From Octopus vulgaris (Eukaryota): DNA of 64,000 bases. Of the stretch, positions 12,527 through 26,932 are shown piece by piece. Location of the stretch: positions 11,036,001 to 11,100,000 of the forward strand of contig OX597821.1 in assembly GCA_951406725.2 (NCBI GenBank), given 5' to 3'. Below the pieces are notes generated by a model. That model did not search any database and was not told the DNA's origin. It was given only the letters and a program-made list of their open reading frames with translations. Positions within the stretch are counted from its first letter, which is position 1. The number at the start of each line of letters is the position of its first letter. A program made the position numbers and the translations under genes.

Positions 12527-13391
12527 CGAAGTGATACCCAAAATAAACCAGCATTTTGAACTATAATTTACTTACTTTTATATATTTACACTTTTATCGC
12601 CTTGTAAGTATTCTACATTTAAAGCATTGCATCGATCCAGACGCGTTTTCCACTTTTGGAAGCAGTGCTGGAACTCTTGCGAAGCGATGCCTTTTAACGC
12701 CTCCGTCGTTTTCTTCCTTACCGCTTCCACGTCTGCAAATCCCATAGCACCAGCTTTCGTCACCAGTGATGACCTTCGAAAGAAGGTCCGGATCAAATTC
12801 CAAATGTCCTTTCAGTCCGCAACACGCATTTAGTCATCACTGCTTTTTATCTTCCGTGAGGAAGCGAGGCACAAATTTTGCTGCAACTCTTTTCATTCGC
12901 AATTCCTCGCTCAAAATTCTTGGTCAGGTACTCCAGCACACACCAGTCATATCAAAAAGTTCGTCAGTTCTTCGGTAGCGGTTCTCCGAGATCAGTTCAT
13001 GAATTTTCATGATGTTTTCATTCGTTCGTGAGGTCGACGTGTTTGGTCTTCAAATAACAAGTAACCATTCCTAAAGCATGTTATGCTCATGGCAGCGCTC
13101 TTGTAAGCTGTTTGAAATATAACAATCATTTCGGCCGCCGTTTCCCCCGCAGAAAACAGAATTTCACGGAAGCACGTTCTTCCTTCGTTTCAGTTATCGC
13201 AATAATGGACGAACAGGGGAGAAGCGCTGTAAAGCAAAATTGTACCACTTGGTAGTACGATTTCATCGGACATCACCGGTCGGCAGACTGATGCCTGAGG
13301 ATTGCATCAAGTTGATTCAGCGGCGGAATCTTGAGTTGCAACATGCTTGTCCTACAGAAAACGTTTCTGGTTACATTTGGGTACCCCCTCG
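12527..13391 (-). mobile_element. mariner of a second family, internally deleted
   Basis: ITGDESWCYG is fused directly to the C-terminal FADVEAV...FQKWKTRLDRC...EYLQGD. TIR-like ends cgagggggtacccaaatgtaaccag and a decayed cgaagtgatacccaaaataaaccag. TA at 13392. Confidence 0.85.
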
Positions 13392-15084
13392 TATATCAGG
13401 ATCTTTATACAACATATGTTTAGATGTTACAAACAATGAAAGATTTCGTGTGGGAAGCGAGTTAGATGTAAAGAAAGTAGCTTCCATGCTTACACTATGT
13501 GGTCGTTCGGCTCAACATTTAAACAAATGTAATTTTTATACCTTCAGTGCTGGACGTCGGATAATCTTTACACGTCGGATAATCTTTAATCTCATTGTAC
13601 CCACGTCTTTTAAAATGAAATAGGTTATTAGCTTTTTGTTTAACATTGTTTTTATATTTCTGAAGAAGTATATTTTTAGATTGATCTCCAGTTGATCAAC
13701 ACAAGGTGCATCTAACCTATTCGAAGACAGAAAGAGAAGAAACTAATCCTATACTTGATTGGTACTTTATTTATTAAGTTTAGCCTCATGAAAGACAAAA
13801 TTGATTTAACAGGATCCAAACAAAGTGTGCCTTGACATCCTTTGAAAAATATTCTGTCTCTAATAACTCTTCCAACTCTTTCAACTCCAATCACCCAAAT
13901 GTTTATAATTTATCATCGAAAACTTTCGGCTCAGTAATTCCTATTGAGTGTATCATTTATTTACAGAACTTTATTAAAATATTTATACAATGTTTGCATT
14001 ATAGAAGATCGATAAGAGATTTCATCTGGCATCTCGTATTTTATATAAAGCAGTTGAAGCATTACACACTCAAATAATTTTATTCATTTAATGGTTTTTA
14101 TCTTCAGACTGCAACCATTACATGGCACCGCCTTCGTAAATGTGGACCATTTAAATTGATAATATCCACACCAGTACTTTCCTGGTACGTATTTTATCGA
14201 TCTTTATTTATCAAATTGTTAAATTTCTGCAGCCTTTAAAGATTCGAAGCTGAAACTTTTGTTATATGAATTGTTTCAGTATTGTATATTGTATTTTATC
14301 CACCGACCGTGTCTTCCATCAGGCATTTACGATCTATACACAGATATGTTATTCCGTTGTATGAAATTTTATACTATGCATTGGAATGGATTACCAGTGG
14401 CCTGATCGTAAATATACTACGAACAATTCTAATACGTGATAATAAATAATATTGAAAAGACATAAAGAAAATGTGAATATTATAGTCTGTGTATCTTCAA
14501 TTGCCAATATAACTCTGTCGAGATTAAAATTATAATTCCTTTAAATTCACCTTCTCGAAAAGTAGGAAACTTTTATTACCATCTATGTCAACTTTAAAAT
14601 ATCAAAATATTTTACGATAATGTTTTATTAATTGTCTTATTTCTATTGCATACACTAGAAAATGCTAGTAAGAATTTTCAATAGATTTATGATAACATAT
14701 AGAAAGAAGAATCACAATTAAACAGTAAAGGTTAAAACATGCATTTCAAATTTCATTATGGATTTCCTGTACACTTTCAAATTTATATTCATAAGTAAGA
14801 TGAGCATTGTATGGGAAATGATAAATTTCCAGTGTTTTGAATCAACGAACATATAACAACTTCCGTTGAAACAAGATGACTTCACTTAGGCTAGAAACGG
14901 TTTATAAGAGCATGAAACTCAGAAATCCACATAAACACTTTTAAGTGTAAAGTCTTGTTCCGAGGCAAATATAAATGGTGGTCACGACAATCAGAATAGC
15001 GGTAATAATCAGGCATGACGTTTAAACTAGTCGGATTTGATTCGAATTAGATAATTTAATTTCGATTTCGTTAGTAATTAGCTT

Positions 15085-15315
15085 ATTTCTTTACTTCCCA
15101 CTAGGGGCTACATGCAGAGAGGACAAACAAGGACAGACAAACGGATTAAGTCGATTATATTGACCCCAGTGCGTAACTGGTACTTATTTAATCGACCCCG
15201 AAAGGATGAAAGGCAAAGACAATCTCGGCGGAATTTGAATTCAGAACGTAGGGGTAGACGAAATACTGCTAAACATTTCGCCCGGCGTGCTAACTTTTCT
15301 GCCAGCTCACCACCT
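15085..15315 (-). mobile_element. SINE family B
   Basis: Near-complete copy, similar to 26712-26932 and 31397-31630. Confidence 0.88.
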
Positions 15316-16529
15316 TTCGTTTGTAATTAGCTTAAGACTCCACATAAGTAAGATAAACTCTGTGAAGATATTGAATGTTAAAAAGTACAGAGTTAGTCTT
15401 TCTTCAGTATTTTAAAAGCATTTGATTTCGTGTCTGCATTGGTAGACCCATATGTTGTAGCTAATGTTGGTTATCCCTGGATCAAGTGACCCAGCTCTGA
15501 CTATTCATTTGAGGAATGCATTATCTCGTGACTATTTCCTTTTCTAGAAAGAACTGTGCTCGCTAATATAGAGGTATACATTAACTCATATATAAATCAG
15601 TGTTCACATTTACCATCCTTGCATTCGTGGGTACCATTCATCAGTGTTTGATTGTTGGGATTTTATTTATACCTCAGAGGAGAAAAATTAAATGAAGTTA
15701 GCATTCTAAACTAACGAAATATTCATTGATTAAACAGAACAGGGTTTTCTTTTAGAATGGTATTTTCTAATATATTATTCATTTATAAAATATATAGTGT
15801 GATTTGTGGGGTATTTTACGCCTGTGTCTAGCAAATCAAGTGACGACGCAAATGTTCATTTGTCAACTCGAATTTATTTCTGTAATATCTGCATATTTGA
15901 TTTCTTATGTAAGTCAATCACGTTGAGGTTGCTTGATGGAAAAAAAAAACATCCAGCTGCATATTGAAAGAAATATCTAGGAATCACTCTGTAATTCAAT
16001 ACACTGCTAAAGTCGATTTGTTATCATGATGAGAGTTAGAAAATTGTCACCCTTAATCCCTGGAACTCGCCATGTTATATCACAAGTAATTGATTGCAGT
16101 GTTACTTTTGTGACAGTAGATAAAAAAACATGACGCTTGATTATGAATAGCTTCTTCCATAATTCATATCGTCCACATTTTATTTTTTATCATCTGAGAT
16201 TAAATAAAGGAAGCAGCAGTAAATCAATATGCTGAATCGGAATATATCTTTTTCTTAGAAAGATATATTAAGCTTTCTAATTCTTCTACAAAGACAAATA
16301 TATATATCAGGAATGCTACAGCTAAATATATCGTTCCGCCCATCAGTTCATGTTTGGTACGCTAGGCCATACACAACGATCGGATATAAGGTAAATGTGA
16401 CCATAGCGTAATCTGAAGTGAATATTTGAGTTGTATGTAGTTTCGTATAGCTGAGAAGTTCGATTTCAAAACAAATATTCCTCATTGCATCTCTCTCTCT
16501 CTTTCTTTCTCTCTCTCTCGCTTTCTCTC

Positions 16530-16572
<43 letters not shown>

Positions 16573-16713
16573 GACCTCATATATGAGAGTAGTAGTCTAG
16601 TAATTAGTAATCGCTGAAAGCTCATTGTATGAGTGTGCACATGTACATTAGTGTACAATTATATTTATATATGAGTGTGTTTATGTGTGATCACCTGTGT
16701 ATGCATGAGTATA

Positions 16714-17953
16714 TATCATCCCATAAGTTCTGTCCGAATTTTGAACTTTGAAATTTAACCATCAATGTACTTTTCTTGATTCTCCATGACTTCCTTTCAT
16801 CTATTTACAAGTAATTTAATTCCATCAATTTAAAACACTTTTGGTTTCAAGACGAAGAATTCTAAAATGTCAGTTTCGATCTCCTTCTTACTTGCAAAAG
16901 CTATGTCCTCCAAATGAATATGTAAACTACCAAACAAATGGTAGCCTGAAGCAGCAAGGTCGGGAGAATAAGGTGGATGAAGAATTTTTTCCCAACCAAG
17001 CTCTTCGATTTTCTGTGATGTGATCTTTGCAGTGTGGGGTCACACATTGTCCTGATGAAACATCATTCCTTTTCGATTCACTGAAGCGGGTCTTTTCAAA
17101 ACGTGGTTCAAACACTCTAATTGCTGACAGTAAGCTTTGTCATTGGTTGTTGCATTAGGTGGTAACAATTCAAAGTGAATTACTCCTTTGCAATCCCACC
17201 AGATAGAGAGAAGAACCTGTTTCCCATGAAGCTCCCTTCTCGGTTGAGGTTGCGTTTATTCCCTTTTACCAAGCCACTGTTTACGGCGTTTAACATTTCA
17301 ACAGAAGATCCATTTTCCGTCACAAGTCTATCCAAAAGCGGTGAAATGAATTCGTAACAATGGAGAGAGGAGCAGATGTCAACTCGGGATTTGCGATCGT
17401 TTTTGGACAATTCTTGAGGCACCCATTTTCCAGGTTTAGGAACCTTTCCAAGTTGTTGAAGATAACGATAAACAGTTGTATGGTTTGAACTAAGCTTTAT
17501 TGCCAATTCTTCAATTGATAATGCAGGATTTTCTGCAAGTAATGCCTCAAGAGGCTTATCATCAAACTCAACTGGACGTCCTGTTCGATCTTCACCTTCA
17601 AGGCTGAAAACTCCACTTCTGAATTTTGCAAACCATCTTCTGCAAGTTCTTTCATTCACGCATTTCCCCCCATAAACTAGGTATATGTTTCGAGTCGCAT
17701 TGCTGCAGAGTTTCCTTTTTGTACTCATAAAGCATTATGTGCCTTAAATACATTTTGCATACTTCCATGTTAGAAAGGGTTTCAATCAAATAAATTTTAA
17801 TTCTATCATTGTGTAAAATAATACTTAATTATTTGAAATGTACACAATTGCATAAAAATAAATTTTAATTCCATTAGACATTCTAAATTACTATTAAATT
17901 TCATTCAATTTAAAAAAAGGTAAAATCAGGAAAAAAATTATGGGATGAACTGA
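16714..17953 (-). mobile_element. mariner, same family as 10899-12170, inverted orientation
   Basis: TIR catcccataagttctgtccga and a decayed opposite end. ORF 17180..17728 (RRWFAKFRSG...EDRTGRPVE...WVPQELS) aligns with the first copy. Confidence 0.93.
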
Positions 17954-19514
17954 TATGTGCGCATATCTATGTATACGATGTATGTTTACGTCAACTAAGG
18001 TATGAAGTACACTCAGAACCTATAAATTTCATTCATCTAATTCCTGCACAAATTCAAATAGATAACGTAGATGTTATTAACAAAAACAAGTATTAAATTC
18101 TTGCGGCTGAAGTAAAATGTACATGTTCGTTGGGGAAAATCGCCATCTTAAACTAGCCAGTGATCAAAACATATATAATATGAAGATCTTGAATGGAAAC
18201 GGGAAAAAGTCGCTAAAACAATTTTAATTGCACTTCAAATTATATATTAAAAACCTGACTTAAAATATGTATTCGTTGATGGGATATTCAAATAGATAAT
18301 AAAATTGCAATGAAGCAACATTATTACGAAATGAAATATAATTCTGATTGAAATTTGCTAGAACTGACAGAAGAAATATTTGTCGACAAATTGTAATTAA
18401 TATAACTATGGTCGAATGTCATTCCAACATGGTTTAGAAGCTATCCAGTTAGTTTTACATGTTGTATATCATTACAAAACATTGTTACATATGACTAATC
18501 CGACATGATCGTGGTTGACAGAATCATTTATCTGTCGAGGAAAATGCATTGCTATAATTGTTCCAGTACTTCCGGTTTTGCGTTAAATGCAAGCCGGAGT
18601 CAACTCTGCTTTCCGTTTTTTCGGGTTTGATAAGATAACCTTCCAGTCAAATACTTTGGCGACGTAATCGGCTAAGCCCCTATCCCTTAAAAATCTAGGT
18701 TTTCTACTTAAATGAAACATAATTGTCATTGGAAGGTGATGGGCCAGAGTATTGGCAGAATAGATTTGCATCTATTATTTTACTATTGTTAGATAAAATC
18801 TCACCACTGTCGACTTTGACTCTACCTTATCAACTTCCATAACATAAGAAAGCAATTTATGGATCGATATAATCGAGTATGCACTTTTTAAATATGTGTA
18901 ATAATGCTAGTGTTAGAAACCACTAATATCATCCATAAATATAGAGAATGGGAAAAGACAATGTAAGAGACGAAGACGGCTATGTAGGGTTTTGCTACGT
19001 TTGTTTAAATTCTTAGCTCAAATACCGACACGACGGACATTGCATTTAACATTCTGTAGCAGGTAATATAAGTATCAATGAAATGTTGGGCCTATTATAT
19101 TAACAATACCTTGCGCCACGAACTCGTAATCTTCAGCCACTCGTAGAAACAATTATAAAATCAATCGTGTTTTCAGGGAAATTCTTGTAATAAATCAACA
19201 TCACAATCACAACAGTGGATTCAGAGCCCAAAGTTAGGATTTCTTATATTTGCAAGTAACCAGAAGCATACTTTGTTCATCTGCTGACGTATAGTCTGCC
19301 ATTGTAACCGATTCAGTATAAGCGTCTAGTAGATTTCAATTGCTTCAGAATAATGAAATAAATATATTCAGCTCAAACGAATAGTACTTAGAGAGAACAA
19401 TAAGACAATAAACAGGACATGCTGGCTATGGTTGCGTGTATGCATGTATATAGATGTGTATATATATGTATATATGTATATATACATATATATATGTGTA
19501 TATATATATATATA

Positions 19515-19560
<46 letters not shown>

Positions 19561-19663
19561 TATATTAGAAAAAATAACTTTTATCAACTCAATAATGAAA
19601 AATCAAATTATACCTTTTAGAAAAATTACATATTATAGAAAGATATATATGTATGTATGTATG

Positions 19664-19743
<80 letters not shown>

Positions 19744-20449
19744 AGAGAGAGAGAGAGATGCTTTAATCAGAGTTCCTTTGAAATCTGCATACTAGTTATA
19801 CGTATCTATAACGTCTGCTGTTCTAAATGCTTATGTGTGTTTCCCTTTTATGTATATTATATTAAACAAAATATTTTTGAGCAATACATGGCAATATTTA
19901 TTACTTAACACTAAATAAGTTATTCACTTTCCATTGAAACACTAATCAATACATGCGACCAGAAAGAGGATTTTAGCAATATGGAAATAAGAAAAGTTGA
20001 TTTCATACATATTACTTTCGTTCGAGTTTATCTTCAGACGCCATGTGTGAAAAAAGAAAATGCCAAATTTATAGCATACAAACTTGAGATTTTCAATGTA
20101 AACTACGACGTACAGTAGTGTTAATAAATATTTGGCTTGAAAGTAATTATTATATAAGTTTTAATGAATTTGGCAAGAAAATTATAGAATAAAATTTTCT
20201 GCACCTAAAGTTTTATTTTCTGTAAAGTTCTGAAACACAATGAAAGAATTTTACTGAGAAAATGTACTGATGAACGTGTATCAACAAGCTGTATTGAAAG
20301 TTCTGTGTCACAGAAATGATCAAAGGTATTTCTAATGAACTAGATTTCGTTAACTCTGCCGCTATACGAGAAGTTCTAAGACGTAAAGCATTTTGTGGGA
20401 AAATGTCTATTTTCCACGGAATTTTATACATACCATTGTAAACTACTTC

Positions 20450-22930
20450 AAGTCAACCATGTACATAATGTGACTATTATGAGTTGTGAATAGGCTGTGA
20501 ATTCCCCCCGATTAGTAATCCCGTGTTCGCTTCTCTACATGGTAGTATATTCTGTACTGTATATTAGCAATAATTATAGCGATATAAAATATGGAGACTT
20601 GATCAACCTCAAAATGTATTCCCTTTTATTTTACAACTTCATACGAGATGTTTTTATGGTTATTACGACCGACACGTGTTTCCCCTGCACAGTGTACGAG
20701 CGGTTGCACGTGCAACCGGGCATAACTTTCAGCTTCGGCCAGACTCGAAGCAAACTGAATAGTTAATTTTTTTATTTGTTAGTGTTCAGGAAATGTTCAG
20801 GGCTGCTTTGAATCTAAAATCTGATCTGTTTGTAAGCTTGTGTGGTCGATCTCGGGTTGACAGCAGTTACTGGCCGAAGTCAGATTTCTATCAAATTAGA
20901 TCGAGATTAATGCTACTGTTTTGGCAAGCATCGTTATCTTTTGTAGTTTTTGGGTACTTAATAACCTTTCTTTCAAGTGTAGTCCATGTAATGTAGTGGT
21001 TTTAGTCTTTCATAAATTTTAGTGGCTGTGGTAATTATGCTGGGCAGTAGAAAGTACACAATATATAATAGGTTGATAATGAAATGGTCATGTATTTGTT
21101 GAGTATGTGGCAGGTACTTCTATCCTTCTTTCCCACCAAAATTTGGGTGGGATATTGAGTTATCTTGAACGCTCGATATATTTCTTAAAAGTTTGGGTAT
21201 GTTTATGCAAACATCGTAAGGCCTGTTCCAGCCTGCTGTTAACTATCTTGTATCTCAACGTAAAGATTTCGTACGATTCATCTATATATAACTCACATCT
21301 ATTTACTTTTGCCCGATACGGTTTATCCGTACTAATTATCTCCCACTCCGCAGTATATCTATGGTGCCTATATTTAAAGGAGCAGACTAGATTTCTTAGT
21401 CTCGTGATGTTTAACTTACTTCTATCTCTAAATGATTTTAAATGATTAGCTAGTCTGTTTTTGACGTTTAGCCCCTATATAGAACTACGTTTTGCATTTA
21501 TACACTAAGTTCTTCGTCAAGAGTTTACAGTTTAAGGGGCATAATTTATTCCTAGTACAATTACAGATACCTACTTCCCTGTTCCTATCATTTATTGTGC
21601 TATACGTCGTGCGCCTCTGTGCTGCCCTCATTTTCACCGATCTATTTTTTGCTTAAGCTTTCTCTCTATAGGTGTTTGTGGGCTACTATTTCTAGGGATT
21701 CCCTCTCCCTGTCTTGTGGAGTTGTAGACTTCTGTTGAAGCTGTCTTCCCTTGACTGCTGACCTAACTTTATTACCACCCTCCACTACAGTGTGTGTTAT
21801 GTTGGTGTTAGTCTTCGACTCACTTCAGTTATTAATTTATTCCTGCCTTGTCAGCCTGTTTAGCATATCAATATGTCGTTTCATGGGTTCATTTTCCTTG
21901 ACTTGTTTACTATTTTTATCGGTCCTTCGGAAGTAAGACAGTCGTCACTCGTTCAGTATTGCTATTACGTGAGCTAGGGTACGACTAGTGGAATACGTGA
22001 CCCGGACATTGTGCGTATGGTATTTGCTAGACTTCGGAAAGTGCTTCTCGATTGCGGCGTAAAACTGCTTCGAAATGTTGGATATTATTTGTTTCTTGAT
22101 TTCAACATTTGTAACATAGAGTAGTGCTGGGATATCTATTACTTTGTATATTATTATGTATTGTGTTGTTATTAGGTCTTTTCTTTTTTCTGTGGTAGCT
22201 GTCCGTGTGTGTGTGTGGCTCTTACTATCGTATTTCCTTGTGGATTGAATAAGTGCACGCCTGAGGTAATTTACTTAACTTCTAAAGTTCATCGTACTAT
22301 GGCTTCTGCCGTTATTTCCTTTGTGTATTCACACCCGAGAATCTCTCGTGTTTATATCTGTTTTACCGTCTGAACAACATATTTTGGGGATTTATCCTAT
22401 GTATCCGACCCTCTCCTTTCTTATTGCTTTCTCTATCCTCTTGTGAGGATTTTTGTGATTGTTGCATTTATGTTGGGAGCGTAATTTGCTATCATATGGC
22501 TCACCTTATGGCATTTATCTATCTTTGTTTGGTTCACTGGGCTGTGCACTAATTTATTTTTCTATCCTACTTCTGCTAATGCTGTGTTATAGTAATTCTC
22601 ATTCAGATTGAATATCACATCGTTAGCCCAGTCTAGATATTCGGATGGAACTGTTACTGACTATGAATTGGGTTATGCATTTGGTTTGATTTCTACTGTA
22701 GTTTATGTGTATTTATGATTGTCGTTAGGTTTATAGTAAGGTTTGAATACGCCGGTACTTAGATCTAGTGTAATATCTAAGAAGTTGACTGTGGTATGTT
22801 CCTCTTATATTGAGATAGTTTGCATTTTATTTAGAAGAACTCGAATGATATTTTCCTGTATCTTTCGATCTCAACGTTGGAAGGATTATGCTAGGTGAAT
22901 AAAACGTCATGACTATTGAGTTCTAGATAA
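20450..22930 (-). mobile_element. Penelope-like retroelement (RT thumb plus GIY-YIG endonuclease), 5'-truncated and decayed
   Basis: Minus strand at about 22790-22730 reads VNFLDITLDLSTGVFKPYYKPND. At about 21540-21180 it reads CPLNCKLLTKNLVYKC...FYIG...KNRLANHLKSFRD...WEII...Y....RCELYIDE...NSRLE...CLH, the pattern of PLE GIY-YIG domains. Boundaries approximate. Confidence 0.82.
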
Positions 22931-23095
22931 CTCAATATCCCACCCACAGATGGTTGGGAAAGGAAGGATAGTAGCACATTTACATTCTACTAATACATGG
23001 CCTTTTCATAACAAACCTAGTATACATTGTCTGCCTTCTACTGCCCAGCATAAATAACACAGCCAGCCAACGAAATATATGAAGAACTAAAGACA

Positions 23096-23450
23096 TCTCT
23101 CTATATATAAACGGCAAAATATCTGTGTGTCTGTCTGTGTGTGTCCTTTATACAAATCCACAATTTTTCAATTAGAGGGCTCGCACTTTCTATAGTCATT
23201 CAAAACCATCCAGGGTTGGTCGTGCATATATTTACATTTCCCCACTCACCCCGCAAAGCCAATAAAAATCAATAGAAGTGACATTTTTGTGAATTTTCTA
23301 TCCAAGACCCAATCAAAATGCCCGAAACTTGAGACGCCAATTGAATGCCAGCTAACTGTATGTGATTGGTCGGAGATTTGGACAGTACTCGCGTGTATGT
23401 GCGCACGCACGCAGCTGTATATGCATGCACTAGCACTATGACCCAGCGTT
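23096..23450 (+). mobile_element. non-autonomous Helitron-like 5' fragment
   Basis: Begins A|TCTCTCTATATATAAACGGC followed by a (TGTC/TG)n tract, a 5' architecture typical of non-autonomous Helitrons. No 3' hairpin/CTRR seen. Confidence 0.45.
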
Positions 23451-25689
23451 ATATATTTTATAGAAAAATAAGTAAGTACATGAGTGGAAATCGAATCGCT
23501 GAGACTGTTGAATAATAAGGCACTAAAAGAGAATGATTCTCCCCAGACACAATAAAATATGCTTCAGCGCACGAATTCACATAAGGAATCTTGTGAACCA
23601 GATACAAAAATTATATATATATATATATACATATACATACATAAATACACAAAGAAAGCGATAGCTACATAATCATATATCTACATGTACGTGTGTGCTT
23701 GTGTGTAACTCTGTGTGTGGTAGGGGCGATTCTTTCCATCATTTCAAAATAGTAGTCTGTGGTCGGTGAGAGATATAGCTTATATTTCCCGCATTCTGAT
23801 TTGATCAAGTGACGGAAGAGAAGAACACTTTTTAATCGTTTTGAATAAGTCTCCAAATTAAGTTAGGATTTAATGATGTCAACTCCGAAATTGTAATAAA
23901 CAAAACAAAGCTATATTTTTTCATGAAAAATAAAACTGGTAAATTCGTCTCCCCTACCTTACATTGTACCTAACTGTTCATAGCTAAATAAAACTATAAA
24001 AAGATTATTTCATATTTAATACTTTTACATTGTTAAGATGCTTATACGTCTGTTATTCTAAATTATATTATGGTTTTGAAAGTACCAAGAGCATCATAAT
24101 ATTAGAAAGACCTAAAGATAAATGGTTCAGATATTTAATTATGAATATTAAATTAAATGAAACGAAGCGATTTATAAACTCAAATGCAATATAGAGAAAT
24201 GTGAATAGTACTGACCCCGTACTGTTCGTAATTTTTACATCTTGTTAATGCAGTGTCGAATTCAATTTATAATTAAAAAAATCTGAAATAATTTTCTTTT
24301 TCATGTGAAATTTTAAAAAAATTATTTCTGCTAATAAATAAAGATGTTGTTTATAAGTATTTAATATCGGACTAGATATTGCAGTGACTAAATGTATGAA
24401 AATCGTTTTTAGTCAAGCGAAGAGCGAATGCCCAGGACCATTCGCAGGGACACCGTGACGGGTGAGCGGGAGAGGTGCGAAACGTATAACCAAACCGTAA
24501 AACTAGTCGTCCTAAATCTTACAGATGATCATGTTGTAGGAAACAAGGGAGATTGAACTCAGATTGCAAAAGCCGGAACAAATACTGCAAGGCATTCCGG
24601 TCTTACGACCTTACACTTCTGGTTCTGGATTAGTATTTGATTTATCGATTCAGAAAGGCGATAAGACAAAGGTTAATTCGGCAGGACCACGAGTCTGAAA
24701 ATAGTGTGTGGCGTTCCATTTGACTTTTTAATTAATTATTTAGTTGACCTCAAAAAGCATATTTAACACTGTAAAATGGGTAAGTGGTGGATATTTTTGC
24801 GCCAATTTCTCTGAAATTCTACAAATATTTTTCCCTAATTTTTACTAGACGGCAAGTTATTTTAGGAACGTGTGAATGTCGATTACATCGACCCAAATAC
24901 TAGACCTGGTATTTCATTTAATCGACCGTGAAAGGATGAACAACCAAGTTGATATCGGCGGTATTTGAACTGAAAATGTAAGGTATCAGAAGATATGCAT
25001 TTGAACATCCTGCCCAAAGTACTAAAGCGTCTGCCAGTTCCACTTGATGTTTGAAATGAATTGTATTGCTTCAAGACTGAATACCCATCTCAGGAAAGTT
25101 AATTAATTATACAATCAAGTTGATTTAGTAAATTATGTAGCGATCCACAGAAACTAAAAAAAAGAAGAAAACGATAAAGGAGTTCGGTGCCCTAACATTA
25201 AATCGTACTCATCCTATTATAAGCAATCCATCTCCTTCGTCGGTGCTGGTGACGGATGAGTTACGCCATGATTTTAGTAAAGACAACGGTTGCTTCGTTA
25301 TTGGTGCCAGTTTGGTTGTTGTAATGAACGTGATATGAGCGTGTTGGCAGCAGTAATAATTATATTATTATATAATGGTAGACGTGGGGGTACATGTGGC
25401 GTGATGTTATTAATAGTTGGATGATCCATGGTGATGATGGCTACTCGTGAGTTGGGGAAGAGTGAAACGAACGCTATAGTGTTGACACTGATGATGTGAA
25501 TGAATGCGTTATAGTATTGTTAGAAGTGTGGCGTGGATCGTGCTGTAGTAGACATGATGATCTGTTGGTGATAACAGGTGATGATCGTGCTGGTAGAAGG
25601 TTTGGCGGATTGTGATGATGATTAGTAGAGTCGTTGATAGGTGGCGACATTGCTTTTGGGGTTAATGTTGACTTTGTTGATGATGATAT

Positions 25690-25906
25690 TCTTTTACCTG
25701 TTTTAGTCATTTGACAGCGGCCATGCTGGAGCACCGCCTTTAGTCAAGCAAATCGATCCCGCGACTTATTCTATGGAAGCCTAGTAATTATTCGATCCGA
25801 ATCTTTTGCCGAACCGCTAAGTTACGGGGACGTAAACACACCATCATCGGTCGTCAATCGATGTTGGGGGACAAACAAAGACAAATAAATACACACACAC
25901 ACACAA

Positions 25907-25945
<39 letters not shown>

Positions 25946-26108
25946 CTATGGGCTTCTTTCAGTTTCCGTCTACCAAATCCACTCACAAGGATTTGGTCGG
26001 CCCGAGGCTATAGTAGAAGATACCTGCCCAAGATGCCACGCAGTGGGAACGAGCTCGGAACCATGTGGTTGGTAAGCAAGCTTCTTACCACACAGCCACT
26101 CTTGCGCA
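25690..26108 (-). mobile_element. SINE family A
   Basis: Reverse complement of the 7349 copy. Confidence 0.88.
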
Positions 26109-26711
26109 TACTGTTGATCCTCTTGCTTGTAATGACAATAGGTGGTGCTACTGGTGGTAGAATTTGTGGCAGTGAGGCAGTTGATGATGATGGCGGTGGT
26201 GGTACTGCTTCTGGCGCAAGTGAAACTGTTATTTATTGCTGTTGCTCTTCTTCCTTTGATAGTAGTGGTGGTTTTGGTGGTAGTAAAACTGCTATGTGCA
26301 TTGGTGATAACAGTTGTTTCATTGGTGATTACCTGGTGAAGTTGGGGACAATTTTATTGGGGGAAAAACGTTATGAAGGTGATGAAAATTAATGTAATGG
26401 CTGTTAGCATCTTTGTTGTTTTAGACGTTGACAGCAATTGACAGCCATCACTAAAGTATTAATTGTGCTAATTAAATTGCTTCCATCTATGAATGCCACG
26501 TGTATTTTTCAAATAAAGCCCCAGGCAGAGCCATTCTGTCAAAAGTTTCAATTTCGCGACACTTGCCGTTGTTGATTTCTTTTATAGCCAAACATCTGAT
26601 AGATGGTGTTTTGGTACATCTTTCTTCAGATGGTGACAATTCTAGAAATATTATTGTTTGCAGTAAACGTAAATATGGTAGTCACCCGCGTTGAAGAAAG
26701 ACGGTTCTACA

Positions 26712-26932
26712 GTTTCTTTATTGCCCACAAGGGGCTAAACATAGAAGGGACAAACAAAGGGATTAAATCGATTACATCGACTCCAGTGCGTAACTGTTAC
26801 TTAATTTATCGACCCCTAAGGGATGAAAAGCAAAGTCTACCTCGGTGGAATTTGAACTCAGAACGTAACAGCAGACGAAATACCGCCAAGCATTTCGCCC
26901 GGCGTGCAAACGTTTCTGCCAGCTAACCGCCC
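26712..26932 (-). mobile_element. SINE family B
   Basis: gcccacaaggggctaaac...aatttgaactcagaacgtaac...gcccggcgtgc...gccagct. Confidence 0.88.
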
